Virus record (IMG/VR): IMGVR_UViG_3300028840_003271
Location: 32,001-96,000 of that record
Reading direction: 5' to 3' (one strand)
Length of the DNA: 64,000 bases
Origin: a virus
The notes under the pieces were generated by a model. That model ran no database searches, had not been told where the DNA came from, and worked only from the letters and a program-made list of their open reading frames with translations. The stretch's first letter is position 1. The number at the start of each line of letters is the position of its first letter. Made by a program: the position numbers and the translations under genes. Positions 29,703 through 38,647 of the stretch are shown here, piece after piece.

Positions 29703-30062
29703 TTATTCGTCATATTCAATCTGTAAATAGACAGTTTTACCAATATATGGAGTAAGTTTTTTACCCACCTTTTCGTTATCATAATATTCTTGATGACTTA
29801 GTCCATTATTACGAAAGCGAATACTAACCACGGGGTATTCAGATTGGTGATAATACTCGTAAGTGTTTTTAACAATTCTTACTGGTTTTCTGTCCGGTGA
29901 TTTTTGATTGTGTAAACTAATTATAACGTTTTTAACGTTACTAGGAATTTTAAATTGACGAAGTAAATTATCAAAACCCCCACCACAAAACACTTCGCCA
30001 TTATTGTCATGCCATTGATTATAATATTCTTCATGTGTAAAGGGAACTTCACAAATTCTCAT
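29703..30062 (-). CDS. Hypothetical protein, paralog of 12198..12569
   Basis: Visible alignment with 12198..12569; GGAG Shine-Dalgarno. Confidence 0.6.
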   Translation of the reverse strand: MRICEVPFTHEEYYNQWHDNNGEVFCGGGFDNLLRQFKIPSNVKNVIISLHNQKSPDRKPVRIVKNTYEYYHQSEYPVVSIRFRNNGLSHQEYYDNEKVGKKLTPYIGKTVYLQIEYDE

Positions 30063-30074
30063 TTTCTTTTCTCC

Positions 30075-30572
30075 TTAAATTACTTTATAAGTTTCTTTGT
30101 CAATAGTAATTTCACGAATTCTATCAAGACGATAATCTTTTAAAACAATTGGATTTTCTATACCCTGATTGGTTGGTGATTTGTCCGTTTGTAACATATC
30201 TGAAAAGTCTGATGGATTTATTCTTCTTTTAATAAAACCAGTTTTGTGAAAATATTGTGTTTTATATACATGTTGAAGTTTAAGTTCAAGATACTGATTT
30301 CCATTATGTTCAACGAATGGAGTTTTTGGAATACGAAATCCCCATCGTCTCATATGACTTGAAAAATTAGCCGGTTTACCCTCTTTTGTTCTTTGTTTAT
30401 TTACAGCATTGCTATAAATCCAGTTAATAACTCCATTTACTTTTGACTTTTTAATAAAGCGACCTTTATACTTTTTCTTACCTGGATCTGTTTCAACAAC
30501 AAGAGTGACTATTTTTGTTCCACTCAAATTTTGTAGCATTTTTACTAAATCGTGACGCTTAATGGTTTTCAT
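30075..30572 (-). CDS. Phage hypothetical protein
   Basis: Y.NAVN.QR.KEG...F....WG...PFVEH....YL and DYRLDRIREITI. Confidence 0.6.
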   Translation of the reverse strand: MKTIKRHDLVKMLQNLSGTKIVTLVVETDPGKKKYKGRFIKKSKVNGVINWIYSNAVNKQRTKEGKPANFSSHMRRWGFRIPKTPFVEHNGNQYLELKLQHVYKTQYFHKTGFIKRRINPSDFSDMLQTDKSPTNQGIENPIVLKDYRLDRIREITIDKETYKVI

Positions 30573-31018
30573 TATATTTTCCTTACTGTACGAGTGTGAA
30601 TTTCTACATCTTCTAAACTAGAAAAATAACCTTCCCACGGAACATAATTATATTCACCTCCTTTATAGGTTTTATTATATATTGCTTCTGACACATTATA
30701 TGCTTCATCATATGTTGCATAAACCCCTTCAATATAAAAATTTCCATGACTTGTTCCAAAAGTATCTCCATCTTTATAACGGACAACCACAATATGAACT
30801 TCGCTTCCTTCTTTAGCATGAAAGAAAACTTTTTCTCGATGTTTTTCCCATCCAACCGTTTTACTTTTATTTATTTTTTCTTCTTCTCCAATATATACTT
30901 GTTTCAATACAAAATCTATATAAGTTGGATTTTGGCTTGGCGGCCACTCTTCATTTTCTTCACCTGCTCGAATACCACCACCAGTAGTCATTTCTGAATA
31001 ACTAATGTAAACATACAC
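30572..31018 (-). CDS. Phage hypothetical protein
   Basis: VVRY.DGDTFG...G and PW.GYF..L motifs; GTG start with Shine-Dalgarno. Confidence 0.6.
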   Translation of the reverse strand: MYVYISYSEMTTGGGIRAGEENEEWPPSQNPTYIDFVLKQVYIGEEEKINKSKTVGWEKHREKVFFHAKEGSEVHIVVVRYKDGDTFGTSHGNFYIEGVYATYDEAYNVSEAIYNKTYKGGEYNYVPWEGYFSSLEDVEIHTRTVRKI

Positions 31019-31049
31019 TATTCATTCCTCCATAAAGAGAGTTTAGTTG

Positions 31050-31751
31050 CTAACTATATGTATAAGAGAGACATTTATTTTGCTCTGTTTTTGGAAATTG
31101 AAAAGTAAATTTTAATTCTTCAAGTTTTCGTGGTGAAATATCTTTGTAACATCGACTGTCTTGATATGCTTCAATATCATTTAGTTCTTGACAAATTTCC
31201 CAGTAGTCATGAATATGAATGTTACCAACTGTTGGTGATTCTAAACAATCACAAGGTTTAATGTCTCCATTAGGTTTAATCATAACGTCACACCCAAAAC
31301 ATTCTTCACTACCTTCTAAACATCTTCCACTTTTTATAAGATTTTCGGAAGTATTTCTTATTGCTTTAAATCCACTAGTATTATAACGACAGGTTCCTAA
31401 CGCTTGAAAAACCCTAACTACTTCTTTATCTATTGGTTCATGAAATTTATCTTGAGACAGTTCAGCATGTATAACATTTTTTTGAGTTAGTTTTGCTAGT
31501 AACAATGCTCGTTCTTTTAGTTTACCATTAGTGATAATACTAACGTAGTTTACAGACGCTATTGCTAGACATAATATTTTTTCAAATTCAGGATGTATTG
31601 TTGGTTCACCACCACCTAGACAGATAAATTCATCAGTAAACTCTAGACATTTTTTAAACGTGAATAAACTCATATCTTCACCATTTGAAGTACAAGCAAA
31701 TCCACAATGACTACAATGCATATTACATTTTGAAGTTATTTGAACGTACAT
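31050..31751 (-). CDS. Radical SAM protein
   Basis: CNMHCSHC, LGGGEPT.HP, ITNG, SQD.FH and C...C...G.IKPC.C twitch-like tail. Confidence 0.85.
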   Translation of the reverse strand: MYVQITSKCNMHCSHCGFACTSNGEDMSLFTFKKCLEFTDEFICLGGGEPTIHPEFEKILCLAIASVNYVSIITNGKLKERALLLAKLTQKNVIHAELSQDKFHEPIDKEVVRVFQALGTCRYNTSGFKAIRNTSENLIKSGRCLEGSEECFGCDVMIKPNGDIKPCDCLESPTVGNIHIHDYWEICQELNDIEAYQDSRCYKDISPRKLEELKFTFQFPKTEQNKCLSYTYS

Positions 31752-31763
31752 ATGTCTATTCTC

Positions 31764-32000
31764 TCATGTAAAAATTGGTCCACTCCAATGAACATCTTCA
31801 ATAGAAGTTGCTCCAAAAAATTCAACTGCTGCTAATTTAATATCTTTTCCTGATGTGTCTGGTGGAAAATGTTCTAAAATATCTTCATCAACTAACAAAA
31901 TTTTTCTACTATCATATCTACACAGTGCTAACGACAGTAATTTTCCTCCACCTTTAGGGTGAACTGGACGAATGTACAAACGATAAGGTTTAGTAGACAT
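31764..32000 (-). CDS. Hypothetical protein
   Basis: ORF with GGAG Shine-Dalgarno. Confidence 0.5.
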   Translation of the reverse strand: MSTKPYRLYIRPVHPKGGGKLLSLALCRYDSRKILLVDEDILEHFPPDTSGKDIKLAAVEFFGATSIEDVHWSGPIFT

Positions 32001-32009
32001 AATTTTCTC

Positions 32010-32315
32010 CTAGACGAACCAGTCTTGATATTTCAACGCTTCTTGATAGTTCTCAGTTATAAGACGAAAAGCATATGCTGGTGTTTTTTCTTTCATACAT
32101 TCTGTGTGAACAAAGCGGTTTGGAATACCAACTTGATTTGAAATAATAAGATAAACTGAGGTAGTAGTTAGTGTGGTAAAAGCCTTTTTACATAAAGGAC
32201 ACACGTCTCTATTACCATATCTTCTTCTTGCTGCAACAAACTTTTTTCCATCTTCCATATATCTAAACGTGACACCTTTACCATCCCACATTATTTTCTT
32301 ATCTTGTGGATTCAT
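32010..32315 (-). CDS. Hypothetical zinc-binding protein
   Basis: CPLC...HTEC. Confidence 0.55.
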   Translation of the reverse strand: MNPQDKKIMWDGKGVTFRYMEDGKKFVAARRRYGNRDVCPLCKKAFTTLTTTSVYLIISNQVGIPNRFVHTECMKEKTPAYAFRLITENYQEALKYQDWFV

Positions 32316-32317
32316 TT

Positions 32318-32503
32318 TTAGTAATCCTCATCTATTGGTTCATCACATTCATAACCACAATCGGTAAAAATCTCTGGACGAAATCCTCTTTTGACTTCAT
32401 CCTCACATTTTTCACAAACATTAGTTACAAAAATACCTCTGGCATCATAAAGAGGATAAGAAAATTCTTGACTACCACAGCTACAAAGTCTATCATATCC
32501 CAT
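32318..32503 (-). CDS. Small zinc-binding phage protein
   Basis: CSCGS.......DARGI....C..C......RPEI. Confidence 0.65.
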   Translation of the reverse strand: MGYDRLCSCGSQEFSYPLYDARGIFVTNVCEKCEDEVKRGFRPEIFTDCGYECDEPIDEDY

Positions 32504-32505
32504 TT

Positions 32506-32703
32506 TTATTCTTCCGATATTTCAGGTTTATTTATTTGAAATCTAGCAACTCTAAAACAAAACACATAAATATCTAAATAACACATATAACTACTATTCC
32601 ATTGATATATGATGTATTCCGAACTAATTGGTGTTAAAATACGGAACCAACTAAAAAACTCAAAAAACATACGTCTTACTTTTTCGTGTCCTTCAATTTT
32701 CAT
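32506..32703 (-). CDS. Hypothetical protein
   Basis: ORF in operon. Confidence 0.45.
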   Translation of the reverse strand: MKIEGHEKVRRMFFEFFSWFRILTPISSEYIIYQWNSSYMCYLDIYVFCFRVARFQINKPEISEE

Positions 32704-32718
32704 TTTATTTTCCTGGTT

Positions 32719-32946
32719 TTAGGAGTGTGAACCAGTAATTTTTACAACGTTTTGTGGATTATCAATAAGTCTATCTACTTCAGTTTGTGTTATATAATTT
32801 CCAATATGTGGAGTGGTTGTATTAACTAGTTTTAATACTTTATACTTGTACACTGGATATAATTTATATTCGCTTGACCAAGTTTGAATTTTTCTTTTTT
32901 CGTTGTGTGAAAATTCTTGTCTTAATTCAATAATTGTTTTACTCAT
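32719..32946 (-). CDS. Hypothetical protein, paralog of 34248..34457
   Basis: I..RQ...Y.V..L.N...P.IG..(I/L)T...V.I; start moved to MSKTII. Confidence 0.55.
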   Translation of the reverse strand: MSKTIIELRQEFSHNEKRKIQTWSSEYKLYPVYKYKVLKLVNTTTPHIGNYITQTEVDRLIDNPQNVVKITGSHS

Positions 32947-32947
32947 T

Positions 32948-33160
32948 TTATTCTCCAAAAAAAGCGTCTTGACACTTTTGACACAATCCACTCATTCGAT
33001 ATTCTTTGAGAGATATTTCATTTCGAAATTCATTTACAAGAACAGGTTCTCCACATCCAATTGGTGGTTCTACACATCTATCATTTGTAATAGCTTCTGT
33101 TCGGTTTGTAAAAGAATTAAGATAATCTTCAATTTGTGGTGATTTTTTAGTTTGGTTCAT
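32948..33160 (-). CDS. Small zinc-binding phage protein
   Basis: CV.PPIGCG...FR.EIS..EY..SGLCQ.CQD..FG; start at MNQTKK. Confidence 0.7.
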   Translation of the reverse strand: MNQTKKSPQIEDYLNSFTNRTEAITNDRCVEPPIGCGEPVLVNEFRNEISLKEYRMSGLCQKCQDAFFGE

Positions 33161-33194
33161 GTAAACAATCTCCATTTAGTTATTAGATTTATTA

Positions 33195-34175
33195 TTATTT
33201 AGTAATAGTTGCTAATTCAGTATTTTTAATAGTTGCTGATCCAGCATTTTCAATAGTTGCTGATCCAGCATATATAATAGTTGCTGATCCAGCATTTTCA
33301 ATAGTTGCCGATCCAGCATATTCAATAGTTGCTAATTCAGCATATTTAATAGTTGCTGATCCAGCACATTCAATAGTTGCTGATCCAGCATTTTTAATAG
33401 TTGCTGATCCGGCATATTTAATAATTGCTGATTCAGCATTTTTAATATTTGCTGATTCAGCATTTTTAATAGTTGCTAGTTCAGCATATTCAATAGTTGC
33501 TGATTCAGCATTTTCAATAGTTGCTGATCCAGTATATATAATAGTTGCTGATCCAGCATTTTCAATAGTTGCTGATCCAGCATATATAATAGTTGCTGAT
33601 CCAGCATTTTCAATAGTTGCCGATCCAGCATTTTTAATAGTTGCTAATCTAGCATATTTAATAGTTGCTGATTCGGCATATTCAATAGTTGCTGATTCGG
33701 CATATTCAATAGTTGCTGATCCAGCATATTTGATAATTGCTGATCCAGCATTTTTAATAGTTGCCGATCCAGCATTTTTAATAGTTGCTGATCCAGCATT
33801 TATGATTCTCGAATTGGTACAACGATTAATAGTTACATTTCCAACTAAGATATAGCATCCATTAAAAAGAATTTTTTGATCTTGTGTAACTAGCATTTGA
33901 GAAACACGAGAACGTAATAACTGTTTTACATGATTCTGTTCGTATTCTGTAAACCATTCTGGACATATAGAAGAATCGATTTTTAATTGATATGATTCCA
34001 AATCTGCATAATTTTCTTTTTTTGGAATGTATTCTAATCTCACAAACGAATAGTTTCTATTTTGTTCATCATTAAGATTTGCATAATCAATCAAATCTTC
34101 GTGACTATCTGTAGATTCTGGATGAAAAATTAATTCACGACTTTGTGTGTAAATAGCAGAAAACGTTCGACACAT
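33195..34175 (-). CDS. Protein with 8-residue tandem repeats (probable beta-solenoid)
   Basis: N-terminal domain MCRTFS...DSHEDL followed by 24 full ATI(K/E/I)(N/Y)A(G/E)(S/L)-type repeats. Confidence 0.8.
   Translation of the reverse strand: MCRTFSAIYTQSRELIFHPESTDSHEDLIDYANLNDEQNRNYSFVRLEYIPKKENYADLESYQLKIDSSICPEWFTEYEQNHVKQLLRSRVSQMLVTQDQKILFNGCYILVGNVTINRCTNSRIINAGSATIKNAGSATIKNAGSAIIKYAGSATIEYAESATIEYAESATIKYARLATIKNAGSATIENAGSATIIYAGSATIENAGSATIIYTGSATIENAESATIEYAELATIKNAESANIKNAESAIIKYAGSATIKNAGSATIECAGSATIKYAELATIEYAGSATIENAGSATIIYAGSATIENAGSATIKNTELATITK
33198..33800 (-). repeat. 24-bp coding tandem repeat, about 25 units
   Basis: Consensus GCAACTATTAAAAATGCTGGATCA on the minus strand. 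Confidence 0.95.
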
Positions 34176-34188
34176 GTGATTGTTCTCC

Positions 34189-34224
34189 TTATTTTCCAAA
34201 AAGTGACTTTTTAGTTGGGTTCAT
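34189..34224 (-). pseudogene. Collapsed remnant (5' end joined to 3' end) of gene 32948..33160
   Basis: Encodes MNPTKKSLFGK* versus intact MNQTKKS...FFGE*; upstream ttac also shared. Confidence 0.7.
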
Positions 34225-34247
34225 GTAATTTTTTTTCTTTCTATAAC

Positions 34248-34457
34248 TTATTGTACTATTGTAACATTAATTTCTACATTGTGAAGATAGATTTGAAGCT
34301 GTTCAACAGTTAATTTGGTTCCAATCGTTGGGTTAATTAAATTAAAAAGCTCAACCACTTCATAATGAGTAATTTCGTCCACGTATGAATTGCCACCATA
34401 ATCTTTTTTGGTTACGTTGGTTGTAATTTGTCTAACCATGATTTGCTTTTGTTTCAT
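34248..34457 (-). CDS. Hypothetical protein, paralog of 32719..32946
   Basis: Visible alignment with 32719..32946. Confidence 0.55.
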   Translation of the reverse strand: MKQKQIMVRQITTNVTKKDYGGNSYVDEITHYEVVELFNLINPTIGTKLTVEQLQIYLHNVEINVTIVQ

Positions 34458-35905
34458 TTTGACCTCACAATATACTTGAGGAAAAACTCTTGTAAATCCC
34501 GACTACCATCTTTTGACTTTGTAATATGGTGAACAACTTCTTCAAAAACAGTCATCCACAAATCATTATTTATTCCTCCTGTAGCATATTCTTTTTCCAC
34601 ATAAACAGTTTCAGTATCAAAATTGTAGACACCTTTTGCTTGACATTCAGCATTAGCCACCTCTGTAAAACAAGCAATTTTTGGTTGATTCAATCCATTA
34701 GTCAAACCAACATTATGAATTTTTGACCAAACATCGTTGAGAACTTTTATCAAAGTGTCTGTAGCTGGAGAAAATTGTTTACCTTTTTTTTCCAAACCAC
34801 TCAGAACACTATCTGCTACTACAACCTCACTTTCTTCAAGATTTTTTAACCATCCATCATTTTCAATTTCTACTACAGTATGTCCTTTTGCTGAAACTAA
34901 ACTACTTAGTGAACTATCTTTTCTACAAAGTACCGAAACACCAACCGCATTTTGCCAAGCCTTTTTCCAGTTGCTTTTTATTCTATTTTTCTGTTCTCGT
35001 GAATAGTTATATTTATTATTGTAGTTTAGATAGTATCCATCAAAATGTTTTTCCCACAATGGATCACATTTAATGAGAGAAGAAAATAGCGTGGTCAAAC
35101 TTTTTTCATTTGCTTCACGAATTGCTTCTGCTGCACGAGCTTGAGCAATATAGTCGCTTGCATTTCGACATTCATCTAACTTAAGTTCATCGCCAAAATT
35201 ATAATCAAATAATGCTGGTCGAGGGTTGTGGCTTTCACTATCAATTTCTCTTACATAAACACCTTTTTTATAAATAACTGCTGTTGGAATTTGACTGATT
35301 AAATTTCGGCTGTTTTTTGTTAGAACTTTTTCATAAACCAGTTCTGGTCGGTCTGAAAAATGCAAAAATCTTCGTGGAAGTTCGCCATAGAATTTTTGAA
35401 TTTCTTCATTTAGAGGAATAAAAATTCGTGTATATTCCTCTCTTGGTTCTAGACTAGATACTATTTCAACACTTAATTCATCTTTTGAAATAGCAGAAAC
35501 AAAATCTCCATCTTGACGAATTGTTCTATCAATAGCGTTTGCTACAAATTCACGCAATGCCATTGATAAATCATTCCAGTCTTTTTCTCCATATTCTACA
35601 ACAAAATTAAGTTCTCGTGACGGAGTATCGTTTATGCAAAATAACACTTGGTTTACTTTGGTTTCTGACAGACCATCGTTCACAATCTTTTCTTTTGTTG
35701 AAAAAGTTAATCTGTCTTTTCCACAATAAATTGTTGGTGACAAGCCTTTACGGAGAAGAAGATTTATAGCATGTTTTGTTCCTGACCCAAATTCTCCAAT
35801 TGTATCTGAACTATTTTCTTCATCATTTCGTGTCATACTCATTCCTAAAAGAGTAAAACCTTCAAGAGGAGCGACGCCTTTATTTTGTATTCTCAGATAC
35901 TTCAT
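34454..35905 (-). CDS. GHKL/HATPase-like protein with C-terminal HExxH-like motif
   Basis: I.N.G, IGEFGSG.K.A, REFVANAID and EEVVHH..S.D.SR..Q. Confidence 0.65.
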   Translation of the reverse strand: MKYLRIQNKGVAPLEGFTLLGMSMTRNDEENSSDTIGEFGSGTKHAINLLLRKGLSPTIYCGKDRLTFSTKEKIVNDGLSETKVNQVLFCINDTPSRELNFVVEYGEKDWNDLSMALREFVANAIDRTIRQDGDFVSAISKDELSVEIVSSLEPREEYTRIFIPLNEEIQKFYGELPRRFLHFSDRPELVYEKVLTKNSRNLISQIPTAVIYKKGVYVREIDSESHNPRPALFDYNFGDELKLDECRNASDYIAQARAAEAIREANEKSLTTLFSSLIKCDPLWEKHFDGYYLNYNNKYNYSREQKNRIKSNWKKAWQNAVGVSVLCRKDSSLSSLVSAKGHTVVEIENDGWLKNLEESEVVVADSVLSGLEKKGKQFSPATDTLIKVLNDVWSKIHNVGLTNGLNQPKIACFTEVANAECQAKGVYNFDTETVYVEKEYATGGINNDLWMTVFEEVVHHITKSKDGSRDLQEFFLKYIVRSK

Positions 35906-36089
35906 TTTCTTTTCTCACAACTATAGTGAAAATGTTGAAAAAGCTTAGACAATTGAAAATGCCTTTTCTCACACGAACAATTTTAGCACCGTTTTTTCTC
36001 CATTTTCGAATATAATTTGCTACATCCTTTCTACTCTTAAATGGGTGTCTTAATGGTCCAAAAAAATCAAAAGCACTTATTTGTGTCAT
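35880..36089 (-). CDS. Hypothetical protein
   Basis: ORF in operon. Confidence 0.45.
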   Translation of the reverse strand: MTQISAFDFFGPLRHPFKSRKDVANYIRKWRKNGAKIVRVRKGIFNCLSFFNIFTIVVRKENEVSENTK

Positions 36090-36111
36090 ATCAGCACCAA
36101 GTTTGTTTAGG

Positions 36112-36312
36112 TTATTGCCCTTCTTTTATAACACAAGAACCATACAATTTTCCATAAATATCTCTATTAATTTCTATCATTGGTCTGTTTTTTTCGTTTA
36201 ATATTGTCTGAATTTGTTCATGAACAGTATTGACGATTTTTATTTCGCCAATAATATCTATTCCACTTACAACAACTATATTTGTTGATGGTTTAACACA
36301 TAATCTATCCAT
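36112..36312 (-). CDS. Hypothetical protein
   Basis: ORF with Shine-Dalgarno. Confidence 0.45.
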   Translation of the reverse strand: MDRLCVKPSTNIVVVSGIDIIGEIKIVNTVHEQIQTILNEKNRPMIEINRDIYGKLYGSCVIKEGQ

Positions 36313-36321
36313 TTTCTTCTC

Positions 36322-36561
36322 CTAAATATTTAGTGGAATAACTGATGTAATTTGTTCTTCATCTATCCATTTTCCAGAATCCATATCACTACAATCAGAT
36401 AGAGTATCGACAATTCGATATTTCCATTTTCCAGTTAGTGGACTTTGTAAAACATCAGCAACTATTCCACAACCGTCATAAGTATATTCTATTTCTTGAT
36501 AAGGATTATAATACTGATAATTGTAAACTACTTCATCACCAACTTGATATTTCACGCACAT
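36322..36561 (-). CDS. Hypothetical SH3-like small protein
   Basis: KYQVGDEV...G.V......Y.I.......W..E..I pattern. Confidence 0.5.
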   Translation of the reverse strand: MCVKYQVGDEVVYNYQYYNPYQEIEYTYDGCGIVADVLQSPLTGKWKYRIVDTLSDCSDMDSGKWIDEEQITSVIPLNI

Positions 36562-36827
36562 TTTCTAATCTCCATTATAACAGGAAATTCTGACATACTC
36601 AAATTGTGTTTTACTCCAACTTCCAATGGATAATTGCGTACCAATTTGTCAATTTCTTCTTCAGGAAGAGGATAAGCCCAGTGATAGGCATATCTTATAG
36701 CGTCTTCAAGTGTTTCAAATTTTGAATTTTTCCAATCTTTACAAGACGGATATCCAAAACAATCTGCCGGCTTATCGTCTTGAAAAACTTGAAACATTTT
36801 CTTTTCCTTTTCTGTTAACATCTCCAA
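36552..36827 (-). CDS. Hypothetical protein
   Basis: ORF in operon. Confidence 0.5.
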   Translation of the reverse strand: MEMLTEKEKKMFQVFQDDKPADCFGYPSCKDWKNSKFETLEDAIRYAYHWAYPLPEEEIDKLVRNYPLEVGVKHNLSMSEFPVIMEIRKCA

Positions 36828-36851
36828 TTATTCGAAGATATTTAGTCATTT
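36820..36851 (-). pseudogene. 5' fragment copy of the metallophosphoesterase gene
   Basis: 30 of 32 nt identical to 40904..40935; encodes MTKYLRIIGD versus MTKYLQIIGD. Confidence 0.65.
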
Positions 36852-36890
36852 TGACACAACTTGTCTAATATCATAGTAGTAGACGACATT

Positions 36891-37109
36891 TTACTTTCTA
36901 CTATATTTGAGAGCATAAAAAACTGAAGCACCGATGAAGATGCATAGTAGGATTACTAAAGCAATAATTACTGGAATCCAAAGCGGTGATAATACCCACC
37001 ACCACGACCAATTAATTACATTACATAATTTAAGAGTAATGAAGACAATTGTAAGTAAACCTACAAAACCTATTCCACCACTTGATGATGCGTTGTTTTT
37101 GTTAGACAT
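36891..37109 (-). CDS. Small two-TM membrane protein
   Basis: GGIGF.GLLTIVFI.LKL..VI.WSWWWVLSPLWI, a common phage membrane protein pattern. Confidence 0.8.
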   Translation of the reverse strand: MSNKNNASSSGGIGFVGLLTIVFITLKLCNVINWSWWWVLSPLWIPVIIALVILLCIFIGASVFYALKYSRK

Positions 37110-37389
37110 TTTTATTCTCCTTTTTCTTAAATTGGGTGTATACTATATTCACAAGATATATCATATAATAATCGACCATTTCTGGTTTATTTGGAAAAAC
37201 TTTTTTCAGAATATTTTCTGCTTCGTAATATAAACGGTCATCATAGTTCTTACTGTAAGTATAACCAATAAAGTCTAATTCCAAATAACCCAACGCTTGA
37301 ATTAGTGCTTTATAGTATTTAACCATGTGAATTTGTTGTGATGTCATCTTTTTCTTTCCTTGTTTGTTACAAAATAAAAAGAACCCCAC
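37102..37389 (-). CDS. Hypothetical protein
   Basis: ORF; probable start at MTSQQ. Confidence 0.45.
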   Translation of the reverse strand: MGFFLFCNKQGKKKMTSQQIHMVKYYKALIQALGYLELDFIGYTYSKNYDDRLYYEAENILKKVFPNKPEMVDYYMIYLVNIVYTQFKKKENKNV

Positions 37390-37416
37390 TAGACATTTCT
37401 GCCTAGTGAGGTTTCC
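37376..37416 (-). terminator. Putative intrinsic terminator
   Basis: CACTAG/CTAGTG stem with flanking pairing, followed by a T-run on the minus strand. Confidence 0.45.
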
Positions 37417-37449
37417 AAAAAATGGGTATTATCGCCACTGTAACACCCA

Positions 37450-37890
37450 TCAAGGAATTGATAAAACTCGTTTTATTCCTAACATTACAGAATTCCACAC
37501 TTTATATGGGGTTTGTGTTTTTTTCAAAATATCCAAAATCGTTGGACTGTGTTTAATAAATTCTTGAGTAAGAATTTTTAATTGCACATCGATTTGACAC
37601 TGAATATCCACTTTACCATTTCTGAAAACCGTTGCTGTGTTTTCGTCACAATAATCATTAAAATCTGTAACTTCAAATTCGAAATAGGAATCAGGATTAA
37701 TTTCTCGAAATCCATTTTCTCTCAAAAATTGTCTAACCTCTGGACTATCTTGAGTAAAAAAGTCCCAATCAGAATCAGGACGATCTGTTCCAAAAAACCT
37801 TGAACCTGTAAGGTAAAACTTAAATGAGTTTTTTTCCAAAATTTCAAGAATTCGTTGTGTTTCGTTTTTGGTTGAAAAACTGATTAACAT
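37450..37890 (-). CDS. Pol-beta-type nucleotidyltransferase domain protein
   Basis: LTGSRFFG...DSDWDFF (GS-x-DxD) and VDI. Confidence 0.7.
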   Translation of the reverse strand: MLISFSTKNETQRILEILEKNSFKFYLTGSRFFGTDRPDSDWDFFTQDSPEVRQFLRENGFREINPDSYFEFEVTDFNDYCDENTATVFRNGKVDIQCQIDVQLKILTQEFIKHSPTILDILKKTQTPYKVWNSVMLGIKRVLSIP

Positions 37891-37948
37891 TTTACATTCC
37901 TTTTTGGAGAGAGAAAAAGAGTAAATCGGTTTACGCAAAAAAGCGAAC

Positions 37949-38344
37949 TTACGACACAATCATTCTAACTACTTTTGGATTGTTTGTTTGTGTAAATTCA
38001 CCTTTGTAATATTGTTCTAAAATATAATTATAACAAAGCTGACTAATTTTTGGGTTGATAGGAGTTCCTCTTTTTATTAGAATATTAGTTCGTATAAGAA
38101 CCGAACCGTTATTTGACCGAATTCTCATCCAACAAGTCCTACCTTTTTTACAGGGTATCCACATTAGTTTGTTTTGTTTTTTCTTCTCATCATTTTTGCA
38201 CTGTTGTCGTGCTAACTTACTGACTTCTTTACACTTATTACACACATTACGTGTACAGCCAAACAAATCTAAATCATCAATAAGCATAGTGAACTTTTTA
38301 TAACACACGTCACATCTTACTTGTATCGTATCTATGTCGGCCAT
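37949..38344 (-). CDS. Hypothetical zinc-binding protein
   Basis: CDVC...CNKC. Confidence 0.5.
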   Translation of the reverse strand: MADIDTIQVRCDVCYKKFTMLIDDLDLFGCTRNVCNKCKEVSKLARQQCKNDEKKKQNKLMWIPCKKGRTCWMRIRSNNGSVLIRTNILIKRGTPINPKISQLCYNYILEQYYKGEFTQTNNPKVVRMIVS

Positions 38345-38396
38345 TTTCCACCAAGTTTGTTTGAGTATTTAGAGGTTTAGTTTTTCTTTTTTATAG

Positions 38397-38479
38397 TGAC
38401 CTAGATGGGATTTGAACCCATATGTCATAAAGACACAGCTTTTTAAGAGCTGAGTGTATACCTATTCCACCACTAGGTC
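38397..38479 (-). tRNA. tRNA-Leu(UAA)
   Basis: Acceptor GACCTAG/CTAGGTC, anticodon arm CAGCT-CTTAAAA-AGCTG, long variable arm, GGTTCAAATCC; CCA not encoded. Confidence 0.9.
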
Positions 38480-38493
38480 AACCCTTTTTGTTT

Positions 38494-38643
38494 TATCCCC
38501 AATGTGTCATGTTTAGTGGAACACAATAATTTTGTCCACGACATTTCAAGACTACATAATCTTTTCCACTACCCACACAAAGATATTCTTGTCCCTTAAG
38601 AAAAGGAAAATAATCTTCAGTCATAAAGACAACTTCGCTCATT
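38494..38643 (-). CDS. 49-aa hypothetical protein
   Basis: MSEVVFMTEDYFPFLKGQEYLCVGSGKDYVVLKCRGQNYCVPLNMTHWG; GAGGAG upstream. Confidence 0.45.
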
Positions 38644-38647
38644 TCTT

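Noticed and set aside
33198-33800. 24-bp repeat array as a CRISPR array or DGR variable region
   Set aside because: Units are contiguous with no unique spacers and stay in frame in a protein. Variation is not confined to adenines. No cas or reverse transcriptase gene is in the window.
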